In this document: positions 16,808-24,526 of the stretch, in pieces
How the letters are laid out: the number at the start of each line of letters is the position of its first letter
Position numbering within the stretch: the stretch's first letter is position 1
NCBI GenBank assembly: GCA_964402995.1
Contig: CAYOEA010000007.1
Coordinates: forward strand, 78,300-103,772
Length of the DNA: 25,473 nucleotides
Direction: 5' to 3'
Source of the DNA: an uncultured Methanosarcinales archaeon
GTDB lineage: Archaea > Nanobdellota > Nanobdellia > Woesearchaeales > GCA-2686295
Made by a program: the position numbers and the translations under genes
The notes under the pieces: model-generated
The model's input: only the letters and a program-made list of their open reading frames with translations
The model's database searches: none
Told to the model about the DNA's origin: nothing

Positions 16808-17028
16808 ATATGTTAAAAAAGATATTCCAATTTAGTTGGCCAAAATTAATCTATAGCATTTTATTAACGGTTATTCTATTTTTAGTATCGCAAATGACTC
16901 ACATCTATTGCGGCATAGCTGTTTCGTGTCCACAAACTATGTCAAATACATTTTTGGTCTTAACGATAATATCATGTATATATGTATTAATTATTATTAT
17001 TCAAAAATTAATTTCTGTCTTAAAGTAA
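16804..17028 (+). CDS. small two-TM membrane protein (hypothetical, 74 aa)
   Basis: ATGA overlap with the upstream stop (translational coupling). It has two clear hydrophobic helices. It may be spurious in AT-rich DNA. Confidence 0.45.
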   Translation: MNMLKKIFQFSWPKLIYSILLTVILFLVSQMTHIYCGIAVSCPQTMSNTFLVLTIISCIYVLIIIIQKLISVLK

Positions 17029-17082
17029 ATTTTATAAATAAACTAATGTTCTTTCTCTTATTATTTGTCATGATCGCAAAAC

Positions 17083-17104
17083 CAAAAAACATTTTTGTTT
17101 TTTG
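17083..17104. promoter_or_regulatory. palindrome CAAAAAACA-tttt-TGTTTTTTG upstream of tRNA-Ser, related to the palindromes at 13519 and 21779
   Basis: Read directly. It has the same CAARAA...TTYTTG-GAG architecture as the other two sites and lies about 32 bp upstream of the tRNA 5' end. Confidence 0.4.
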
Positions 17105-17135
17105 AGTACTTCGTTTGTGTCATTAAATAAACATT

Positions 17136-17217
17136 GCCACGATCGCATAATCTGGTATTGCGCAAGCTTGGAAAGCTTGTTCCTTTGGAATTCCCGGTTC
17201 AAATCCGGGTCGTGGCG
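17136..17217 (+). tRNA. tRNA-Ser (anticodon GGA), type II with long variable arm, no encoded CCA
   Basis: Folded by hand. The acceptor stem GCCACGA/TCGTGGC has 7 bp and U8 is present. The D-arm is CGCA...TGCG with GG in the loop. The anticodon stem is CAAGC/GCTTG with loop TTGGAAA, so the anticodon is GGA. The variable arm is 13 nt (TTCC-TTT-GGAA-TT). The T-arm is CCCGG-TTCAAAT-CCGGG and the discriminator is G. It is followed by TTTT. Confidence 0.85.
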
Positions 17218-17289
17218 TTTTATACTTACTTCCCAGATTCGAACATGCTCAGAAATATTTTATTTCTGGCAACACTCAAAAAAAGAGTG

Positions 17290-17309
17290 TAATCCGGGTC
17301 GTGGCGTTT
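17290..17309 (+). repeat. 20-bp direct repeat of the tRNA-Ser 3' end (AATCCGGGTCGTGGCGTTTT), att-like footprint
   Basis: It is identical to 17198-17217 plus the following T-run, 72 bp downstream. It is preceded by two small hairpins (AGAAATA-ttt-TATTTCT; CACTC-a7-GAGTG). Confidence 0.8.
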
Positions 17310-17372
17310 TTCATTAATTTGATAAGAAAAGCACAATTTAAGCACAAAAAAACAAAAAAACACATAGTAAAG

Positions 17373-17431
17373 TTTATAAATAAACCCGTGTTCCATCAAC
17401 ATACCCGAAATCACTACTTAATGTAGGAGGG
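17373..17431 (+). promoter_or_regulatory. TATA-like box TTTATAAATA (17373-17382) and GGAGGG RBS for the uL1 operon
   Basis: The TATA-like box is about 58 nt before ATG 17440. GGAGGG lies 9 nt before the ATG. Confidence 0.4.
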
Positions 17432-17439
17432 ATCTTATA

Positions 17440-18084
17440 ATGAATAAAGATACTATAATAAAGGCACTTGAAACTTTGAAGAAAGACTCTAAGAAAAGAA
17501 ACTTTCCTCAATCTGTCGATTTGATTATAACTCTTAAAGATTTAAATATCAAAAAAACAGAGGAACAACTTGATTTCTTCGCAACACTTCATCATTCTAT
17601 TGGACGTAAAATTTCTGTTTGCGGTTTAGTTGGTGTTGATTTAGCTGATGAGGCTAAAAACGTGTTTGACGAAACAATCACTATGTTTGACGATTACAAA
17701 AAAGATAAGAAAAAAGCAAAAAATCTTGCTAGAAAATATGACTTCTTCGTTGCTCAAGGTAGCTTAATGGGACAAGTTGCAGGTACTTTTGGTCGAACTT
17801 TTGGTCCACTTGGTAAAATGCCAAACCCAAAAGCAGGCGCAGTAATTGCAGTTAAACCTCAAATTAAACCACTATACGAAAAACTTCAAAAAACAGTTAA
17901 GGTTACAGCAAAGAAAGAACCAGTTATTCACGTAACAATTGGTAAAGATGATCAAAATGAAGACGAAATCGTCGATAATATTTTGTATCTTTACAACCAA
18001 GTTGTTCACCATCTTCCTAAGGAAGCGAATAATGTTAACAAGGTTCTATTAAAGCTTACTATGAGTAAGCCGATCCCTCTTTAA
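17440..18084 (+). CDS. rpl1: 50S ribosomal protein uL1
   Basis: 214 aa with typical uL1 N-terminal and central motifs (NFPQSVDLIITLK..., ...VAQGSLMGQV...GPLGKMPNPKAG). It is followed directly by P0 and P1, as in the archaeal L1-L10-L12 operon. Confidence 0.95.
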   Translation: MNKDTIIKALETLKKDSKKRNFPQSVDLIITLKDLNIKKTEEQLDFFATLHHSIGRKISVCGLVGVDLADEAKNVFDETITMFDDYKKDKKKAKNLARKYDFFVAQGSLMGQVAGTFGRTFGPLGKMPNPKAGAVIAVKPQIKPLYEKLQKTVKVTAKKEPVIHVTIGKDDQNEDEIVDNILYLYNQVVHHLPKEANNVNKVLLKLTMSKPIPL

Positions 18085-18085
18085 A

Positions 18086-19036
18086 ATGGCTCATGTATCT
18101 CAAAAGAAAAAGGATAATGTGAAAGAATTCACAGAACTTATTGATAAATATCCTATTATTGGTATTGTTGATATGCAGAATCTTCCTACTAGACAACTTC
18201 AAGTAATGAGAGAGAATTTAAGAGGAAAAGTTCTTCTTAGAATGACTAAAAAGAGACTTGCTAAACTTGCTTTTGCAAACTCTAAAAAAGAAGGCGTTGA
18301 AAAATTAGTTGATCTTTTCAAAGGTATGCCTGCTCTTTTATTTACAGAAGATAATCCGTTCGCTTTATTCTCAATTCTTAAAAAGAACAAATCAAAAGCA
18401 CCTATTAATGCTGGTCAAACAGCACCAAATGACATTACCGTCCCTGCAAAAAAAACTAATTTTGCACCTGGTCCTGTTATTGGTGAATTAGGCGCTTATG
18501 GAATTAAAACAGCTATTGAAGATGCAAAAATTGTAATTAAAGAAGACAAAGTTGTTGCTAAAGAAGGCGACGTTGTTGATGCAAAACTTGCAGGTTTACT
18601 TCAAAGACTTGGCGTTGAACCAATGGAAATTGGTCTTGACCTTGTTGGAGTTTTTGAAAATGGTGAAATTATTCCTAAATCAGTCTTAGATATTGATGAA
18701 GATGCTTACAAAGCAAACTTCGAAACAGCTGCAACAGAAGCTTTTAACCTTGCATTTAATGCTGGTTTCCCAACAGAAGAAACTATCACATTAATGGTTC
18801 AAAAAGCAGCAGCAGATGCAAAAGCACTTGCAATTGAAGCAGACATTTTAACTGATGAAACAGTTGGTATTGTTCTTTCAAAAGCAGAAGCTCAAGCAAA
18901 AGAATTAGAATCATCTTTGGATATCAAAGAATTACCTCAAGAAACAAGCACAGAAGCGGCACCTGAGGAAAAGAAAGCAGAAGAATCTGCTGATGGCACT
19001 AACGAAACAGAAACACCTGAGGGTGGATCGCAATAA
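18086..19036 (+). CDS. rpl10: 50S ribosomal protein uL10 / acidic ribosomal protein P0
   Basis: 316 aa with the conserved uL10 N-terminal domain and an acidic, Ala/Glu-rich C-terminal tail. It starts 1 nt after the uL1 stop. Confidence 0.95.
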   Translation: MAHVSQKKKDNVKEFTELIDKYPIIGIVDMQNLPTRQLQVMRENLRGKVLLRMTKKRLAKLAFANSKKEGVEKLVDLFKGMPALLFTEDNPFALFSILKKNKSKAPINAGQTAPNDITVPAKKTNFAPGPVIGELGAYGIKTAIEDAKIVIKEDKVVAKEGDVVDAKLAGLLQRLGVEPMEIGLDLVGVFENGEIIPKSVLDIDEDAYKANFETAATEAFNLAFNAGFPTEETITLMVQKAAADAKALAIEADILTDETVGIVLSKAEAQAKELESSLDIKELPQETSTEAAPEEKKAEESADGTNETETPEGGSQ

Positions 19037-19068
19037 ATTAGAATTTTTTCCATAAGGAGGAAAACAAA

Positions 19069-19374
19069 ATGGAATATGTATACGCAGCAATGCTTTTACA
19101 CAAAGCAAATAAGGAAGTTAATGAAGATTCAATGAAAAAAGTTTTAGAAGCAGCTGGAACAACAGCAGACGCTTCAAGAATTAAAGCTTTAGTCGCAGCA
19201 CTTCAAAATGTTGATATTGAAGAAGCTATCAAAAATGCAGCAGTAGCACCAGCAGCAGCAGCTCCGGCAGCAGCAGCAACAGATGCAGCACCTGCAAAAG
19301 AAGAGAAAAAAGAAGAAGAAAAGAAAGAAGAAGAAGGAGCAGCAGCAGCTGGTCTAGGCGCACTTTTCGGATAA
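19069..19374 (+). CDS. rpl12: 50S ribosomal stalk protein P1 (archaeal L12)
   Basis: 101 aa: [11 protein letters not shown]..., an Ala/Pro hinge and a C-terminal [24 protein letters not shown] stalk tail. AAGGAGG RBS is present. Confidence 0.95.
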   Translation: MEYVYAAMLLHKANKEVNEDSMKKVLEAAGTTADASRIKALVAALQNVDIEEAIKNAAVAPAAAAPAAAATDAAPAKEEKKEEEKKEEEGAAAAGLGALFG

Positions 19375-19449
19375 ATTTTTTTACTTTTCATTTATTTTTT
19401 TTTAATAATTTATCACCAATCAAAATAAAATAAAAACGAGCGAAGTTAA

Positions 19450-20343
19450 ATGTTAGCTGATAACGAAAAAAAAGAACTAATAAACAAGCTTAAAAGAGCT
19501 AAAGAAGAGATTAGCGCAGTTAAGTCTAAACTTAGTAAAGCAAATTCTGAAAAAGAAGCTTTATTTAGACAAAAAGCAGCAGTTAGTCAAGAGATCAAAG
19601 ATAAAATCAACTTTGTTCAAGAAGCTAAAAAAAAGCGAAACAACTTAACTTCTGAAGTTAAAGGAACTAAAGTTAAGCGTGACCAACTTAATAAACAAAT
19701 ATCTGAAGAACTTAAAATTGTAAAAGATATTAAAGAAGTTACACCTGTATCTCATGTTCCTGAAAGTTATAATAAACCTAAAGATAGCCCTGCTACTATT
19801 AAGAAAAAAATTGAAACTTTAGAAACTAAGATTGAAACTGAACCTATGAGTTTTCAAAAAGAACAAGTAGTTATGAAGGAAATTCGTTTCTTAAAAAAAC
19901 AATATAATCAAATCAAAGATGCAACTTCTGAAATTAGTGATATTAGATCTAAAAACAGAGAACTAAACAAACTAAAGAAAGAAGCAAACAAGCTTCACAG
20001 AGATCTTCAAAAACAAGCTAAGGAAAGTCAAGAATTCCACGAGCAACTTATCGAGTATTCAAAAGAAATTGATATTCTTAGAGAAAAAGAAAAAGCTTCT
20101 CATGAATTATTCTTAGAAAGAAAGAAAAGTTACATGGGAGTTAATAACGAACTTAAAGTTAAGCTAGAAGAGTTCAAAAAAGTCAAAGAAGAACTTGAAA
20201 GCAATGATGTACAAGTAGCTGAACTTGAGCATGAAAAGAAAAAGAAAAATCTTAAAGAAAAAACTAAAGAAGTTAATGACAAAATCAAAAAACGTCACAA
20301 ATTAACAACTGAAGATTTACTTGTTATGCAACAAGGCAAATAA
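19450..20343 (+). CDS. K/E-rich coiled-coil protein (hypothetical)
   Basis: 297 aa with heptad-like K/E/L periodicity throughout and no enzymatic motifs. Confidence 0.75.
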   Translation: MLADNEKKELINKLKRAKEEISAVKSKLSKANSEKEALFRQKAAVSQEIKDKINFVQEAKKKRNNLTSEVKGTKVKRDQLNKQISEELKIVKDIKEVTPVSHVPESYNKPKDSPATIKKKIETLETKIETEPMSFQKEQVVMKEIRFLKKQYNQIKDATSEISDIRSKNRELNKLKKEANKLHRDLQKQAKESQEFHEQLIEYSKEIDILREKEKASHELFLERKKSYMGVNNELKVKLEEFKKVKEELESNDVQVAELEHEKKKKNLKEKTKEVNDKIKKRHKLTTEDLLVMQQGK

Positions 20344-20446
20344 GATTTACTCTTAATAATTTTAATTCTATTATTATTTTAATTCATATTTATTCTAATT
20401 AGCATTAGTCACTAACTTTTTAAACAATTACCACTTTTCTTTTTAT

Positions 20447-21196
20447 ATGACATTATACTTAATAGGCATCGGCCTTAACGATGAGAAAGATATCTCTGTT
20501 AAGGGTCTTGAAGCTGTTAGAAAAGCAGATAAGATCTTCCTTGAAGATTATACCTCTATGCTTCAATCTTCTGTTCTTAAAATGGAAGAATTTTATGATA
20601 AAAAAATTATTCTTGCTGAACGTGATTTAATTGAAAAAGGATCAGATGATATTATCCTTCCTGCTAAAGATAAAGATATTGCCTTACTCATTGTAGGTGA
20701 TGTTTTTGGAGCAACTACTCATACTGATTTTTTCTTACGTGCTAAAGAAGCAAATGTCCCTGTTAAAGTTATTAATAATGCATCCATTCTTAACGCTATT
20801 GGCATTGTCGGTCTTGAGCTTTACAAATTTGGTAAAACTACATCTCAACCTTACTGGGAAGATAATTTCAAACCTGAAACAGCTTATGATGTTATTAAAC
20901 AAAATAAGAAATCTGGTCTTCACACTTTAGTTCTTCTTGATATTAAACCAGAACGTAAAATGACTGTTAATAAAGCGATTGAAGTTCTTGAAACTATTGA
21001 AAAGAAACGTGATGAGAAAGTTTTTACTTCTGATACTTTAATTATTGGTTGCGCTCGTATTGGTGGCGACTTTAAAATTAAAGCTGGAACTGTTGATAAT
21101 CTTAGAGAAGAAGATTTCGGTCAACCTCTACATTGTCTTATTGTTCCTGGTAATCTTCATTTTATTGAAGAAGATATGCTTAAACTTTGGAAGTGA
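20447..21196 (+). CDS. dphB: diphthine synthase (Dph5-type SAM-dependent methyltransferase, tetrapyrrole-methylase fold)
   Basis: MTLYLIGIGLNDEKDISVKGLEAVRKADKIFLEDYTS... matches the conserved diphthine synthase N-terminus. The length (249 aa) and C-terminal ...LHCLIVPGNLHF motif fit the family. Confidence 0.93.
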   Translation: MTLYLIGIGLNDEKDISVKGLEAVRKADKIFLEDYTSMLQSSVLKMEEFYDKKIILAERDLIEKGSDDIILPAKDKDIALLIVGDVFGATTHTDFFLRAKEANVPVKVINNASILNAIGIVGLELYKFGKTTSQPYWEDNFKPETAYDVIKQNKKSGLHTLVLLDIKPERKMTVNKAIEVLETIEKKRDEKVFTSDTLIIGCARIGGDFKIKAGTVDNLREEDFGQPLHCLIVPGNLHFIEEDMLKLWK

Positions 21197-21202
21197 TATT
21201 AA

Positions 21203-21730
21203 ATGTTTAAAATTATTCTAGCAATAATTCTTGGCTTATATCCCATTATTCATCAACTTTGGACTCGTTTTGAAACTAAAAATAAAAAGTCTTTTAATTC
21301 TTACAAAAATAATCCTGCATGTTTTTATCTTGACTGGTTATTTATTCCTATAAACGTTTTAATTATTTTTGCAGTTTCTTGGAATTATCTTTGGTTTTGT
21401 TTAATTTTATTAGCTAGTATTGCATTTAATGCTGGAACTCATTATTTTTGGTCTGGTTTTTCTAATGGTTTTATGTTCAATAAAAAAGGTCTATCTTTTG
21501 CAGGTAAGCTTCACTTTATTTTTTCAAGTATTGAAACTTTAATGATTATGTACTTTTTAGTCTTCATGCTTCACAATATTTATGCGCATATTATTTTGGG
21601 AACTTTAGTTCTATTCAATATATTCTTACCATATAGCTCTTATAAGATATTTAATGGTAAACCTTTAAAATCAGACCTAATATTTTCTATAGTTTTATTC
21701 TTAGTACTTGTTATTAGAATTATAATTTAA
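21203..21730 (+). CDS. polytopic membrane protein (hypothetical, ~5 TM)
   Basis: 175 aa with several 20-residue hydrophobic segments and aromatic-rich loops. No family recognised. Confidence 0.7.
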   Translation: MFKIILAIILGLYPIIHQLWTRFETKNKKSFNSYKNNPACFYLDWLFIPINVLIIFAVSWNYLWFCLILLASIAFNAGTHYFWSGFSNGFMFNKKGLSFAGKLHFIFSSIETLMIMYFLVFMLHNIYAHIILGTLVLFNIFLPYSSYKIFNGKPLKSDLIFSIVLFLVLVIRIII

Positions 21731-21750
21731 ATAAAAAAAATAAAAACACT

Positions 21751-21808
21751 CAACAGTTGAATTAAACTGTTGGTGTGCCAAAAATATTATTTTTGAGCAA
21801 AATAATTA
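21751..21808. promoter_or_regulatory. conserved intergenic element, copy B: 8-bp hairpin (CAACAGTT/AACTGTTG) + GTGTGCC + 17-bp palindrome CAAAAATATTATTTTTG + AGCAAAATAATTAATTTA
   Basis: Read directly. It has the same organisation and flanking sequences as copy A at 13497-13547. It lies between convergent gene ends (21730 and 21811). Confidence 0.6.
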
Positions 21809-21810
21809 AT

Positions 21811-22584
21811 TTACTTTTTCTTATTTAGAGCTTTCAAACCCATGTTTGAAATTCCTTCTAAAGCTTTTAATGCTTCAATTGGTATTGCAAATATTACTGT
21901 GTTTGATTGATCTGAAGATAAATCGTTTATGGATTGCAAAGTTCTTAAGTGCAATGCGCCCGGAGCTGTTGATAACATCTTAGCTGCTTTAGCCATATTA
22001 TTTGAAGCTAATACTTCTCCTTCAGCTTTAATAATTACTGCTCTTTTTTCTCTTTCTGCTTCTGCTTGTTTTCCAATAACTCTTTTCATGTCAGCAGGTA
22101 ATGCTACATCTTTTAATTCTACAGCATTAACTTTTATTCCCCAAGGATCTGATGCTTTATCTACAATTAATTTTATTTTTCCAGAAACTTCATCTCTATT
22201 ACTTAGTAATTCATCTAGCTCTACTTCTCCAACAATATTTCTCATTGTTGTTTGTGCTAATTGACTTATTGCATAATTAAAGTGTTCTACTTTTATAATT
22301 GCTTTTTCTGCATCTGAAACTAAATAATATATTACTGCATTTACATTTACAGAAATATTATCTCTTGTCATACAGTCTTGATCAGGAACATCTACTGCTT
22401 TTACTCTCATATCAACTCTTTGCCATGTTTGTACGATTGGAAAAACAATCTTAAATCCAGGAGTCATTATACCTACGAACTTTCCAAAAGTAAATTTTAC
22501 TCCTCGTTCATATTCGTTAACTACTCTGATTCCTAAAACAAAGTATGCTATTATTATTGTAATTATCCAACTAATTGGTCCCAT
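21811..22584 (-). CDS. SPFH/band-7 (stomatin/prohibitin-like) membrane protein
   Basis: 257 aa with an N-terminal TM helix followed by an SPFH domain (ERGVKFTFGKF...TPGFKIVFPIVQ...VDMR...TRDNISVNVNAVIYY...), then a coiled-coil EAEREKRAVIIKAEGE region. Confidence 0.9.
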   Translation of the reverse strand: MGPISWIITIIIAYFVLGIRVVNEYERGVKFTFGKFVGIMTPGFKIVFPIVQTWQRVDMRVKAVDVPDQDCMTRDNISVNVNAVIYYLVSDAEKAIIKVEHFNYAISQLAQTTMRNIVGEVELDELLSNRDEVSGKIKLIVDKASDPWGIKVNAVELKDVALPADMKRVIGKQAEAEREKRAVIIKAEGEVLASNNMAKAAKMLSTAPGALHLRTLQSINDLSSDQSNTVIFAIPIEALKALEGISNMGLKALNKKK

Positions 22585-22649
22585 TTAAAATCACCCAGGA
22601 TAAACTCGTAATTTATAGTATATAAATATTTCTAAGAAAAAGTCAAAAT

Positions 22650-23111
22650 TTACTTTAAAACAACTTGATAATTATTTGGTTCAATCTCAATTAAAGTTAA
22701 GCTTGATGGTATCTTTATTGGTTCAAAATGAAATATTTCAAAATCATAATAAGTTCTAGATCCACCTGAAGACTCATGCTGTATTTGAACAAGATCATGT
22801 GTTTCATTTATTTTCGTAAAAGAACTAGGAGTTGCATAATAACATCTAAGAATTATTTCTTGTCTGCTTTTGTTAACTTCACTTATATCAAATAAACTAC
22901 ATTTACAACTATTTGAACATAAATCAATAGTGGACATTGCAACATAATCATCTACTTGCATTTGTATTTGATCAATTATATCTTCTTGTATTAATTCTTG
23001 TGTGATTTCTTGCGTGATTTCTTGTGGTGCTTCATCAGGCAATTCCTGAGTAGCACAACCACTAACTAAAAGAATTGATATTACAACAATTAACATAATT
23101 ATTTTGTTCAT
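22650..23111 (-). CDS. secreted lipoprotein (hypothetical)
   Basis: MNKIIMLIVVISILLVSGC: a signal peptide with a lipobox-like LVSG|C. It is followed by an acidic QEITQEITQELIQEDII linker and a small Cys-containing domain. Confidence 0.7.
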   Translation of the reverse strand: MNKIIMLIVVISILLVSGCATQELPDEAPQEITQEITQELIQEDIIDQIQMQVDDYVAMSTIDLCSNSCKCSLFDISEVNKSRQEIILRCYYATPSSFTKINETHDLVQIQHESSGGSRTYYDFEIFHFEPIKIPSSLTLIEIEPNNYQVVLK

Positions 23112-23196
23112 CTTAAATAAAGTTGTAATGTTAAGTTTATATGTCTATATATTTAGGGATCAATTAATTCCATACTCTCAGAGAAAAAGTTTATGA

Positions 23197-24492
23197 TTAA
23201 TGATTTTGAACTATATTACTTTTTTTATTTTTATTTTCTTCTTCTACATTAATTACTTTGAAGAACTTATCATGTTCTCTAACTCGTTCTCCAACTTTAA
23301 AACAAATTATACCTTTACCTGCTTTCTCTATTTTACCTTCGACAGTCCACATTTCAGGCATGTTATCTTCTAGAAGTCCTGTTGTTGGTCCAATAATATA
23401 ATATTTATCTCCAATAGAAATTTCATTACTTTCAATTTGAACTTCTGCAACTCCTTTTTTTACATAGTAGTTTAGAACTCTTCCAATTCGCATTTTTCTA
23501 GTTGTAGCTTTTGAGCCGTATACACCAGCCCATTCATTCATTGGTTTTCCTTGAAAGAAACCGGTTGAAAATCCTCTGTTGTAAACTTCACTCATCATCC
23601 CTGTTAATTCTAATTTTAAATCTTCAGTGAGTTCATTCTTTTTATGAGCTTCAATTGCTTTTTTATAACACTCAACAATTGTTTTTACATACTCAGGACT
23701 TCTTGCTCTGCCTTCAATCTTTAAACAAGCTAAGTCTGCATCTAAGATTTTGTCTATGATTGGCATAGTACACATATCTTTTGGACTCATAACATAAGAT
23801 CCTTCAAGTGAATACTCAGTATCTTCTTCTGTATCTTTAATATAATATTTTCTTCGACACATCTGTAAGCATTCGCCTCTATTAGCAGATTTATCATGTG
23901 CAATTTGACTCATAAAACATCTGCCGCTTACTGCAACACACATTGCTCCATGAATAAAAACTTCTAGTTCTGCATCTAAACCTTCTTCTGTAATCTTTTT
24001 CTTAATAGCTTGAATTTGTGGTAAATCAAGTTCTCTTGCAAGAACAAATCGTTTAATTCCAAAATGATTATAAAATTTTAAAGCCTCAAAATTAGCAACA
24101 GAAGCTTGAGTAGATAAATGAATTTCTAAACCAAACTCCTTAGCCTTTTCAATAACAAACATATCCCAAGCAATAACTGCATCAACGCCAGTATGCTTAG
24201 CAGCCTTTAAAATATCCATGACTAAATCATGTTCGTCTTCGTAAATAATAGTATTTATAGTCAAATAAGCACGAACGCCTGCCTTATGACAAGCAGAAAC
24301 AACTTTACAAAGATCATTAAGTCCAAAGCTAGAACTGCCTAAGTTACGCATATTAAGCCCTTTAATACCAAAGTAAACCGCATCAGCGCCAGCTTTGATA
24401 GCGACGGTGAGCATTTCAAAGTTTCCCACAGGAACAAGTAATTCTACCATAATAGAAAGAAAAAGAGGGAATAGGTATTTATATTTATTCAA
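23197..24492 (-). CDS. peptidase U32 family protein (collagenase-like)
   Basis: 431 aa. The N-terminal TIM-barrel-like U32 core (LLVPVGNFEMLTVAIKAGADAVYFG...VRAYLTINTI...) and conserved Cys/Glu-rich motifs (...CLKIEGRARSPEYV...) are typical of U32. Confidence 0.9.
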   Translation of the reverse strand: MNKYKYLFPLFLSIMVELLVPVGNFEMLTVAIKAGADAVYFGIKGLNMRNLGSSSFGLNDLCKVVSACHKAGVRAYLTINTIIYEDEHDLVMDILKAAKHTGVDAVIAWDMFVIEKAKEFGLEIHLSTQASVANFEALKFYNHFGIKRFVLARELDLPQIQAIKKKITEEGLDAELEVFIHGAMCVAVSGRCFMSQIAHDKSANRGECLQMCRRKYYIKDTEEDTEYSLEGSYVMSPKDMCTMPIIDKILDADLACLKIEGRARSPEYVKTIVECYKKAIEAHKKNELTEDLKLELTGMMSEVYNRGFSTGFFQGKPMNEWAGVYGSKATTRKMRIGRVLNYYVKKGVAEVQIESNEISIGDKYYIIGPTTGLLEDNMPEMWTVEGKIEKAGKGIICFKVGERVREHDKFFKVINVEEENKNKKSNIVQNH

Positions 24493-24526
24493 TATATAGG
24501 AAGAATTGAAAAATTAAAAGTAAATA

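Noticed and set aside
17225-17305. Second tRNA gene suggested by GATTCGAAC and the repeated AATCCGGGTCGTGGCG 3' end
   Set aside because: No 5' acceptor strand (GCCACGA) and no D or anticodon arms can be paired upstream of the repeat. The TTCGAA-like motif lacks a flanking T-stem on either strand. It is better explained as a partial duplication (att-like core).
17102-17414. ORFs 17102-17317 (+) and 17226-17414 (-) from the six-frame track
   Set aside because: They overlap the tRNA-Ser gene and its downstream repeat or hairpin region. Their translations are low-complexity with no RBS, so they are spurious.
19203-19391. 62-aa antisense ORF rich in Ala/Ser
   Set aside because: It is the reverse complement of the GCA/GCT-rich Ala hinge of the P1 stalk gene, an artefact of the repeat-like coding sequence.
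20697-20930. ORFs 20697-20930 (+) and 20735-20923 (-) inside diphthine synthase
   Set aside because: They are overlapping frames of a conserved enzyme gene with no independent support.
21929-22264. 111-aa + strand ORF
   Set aside because: It is antisense to the SPFH/band-7 gene, which has clear family motifs.
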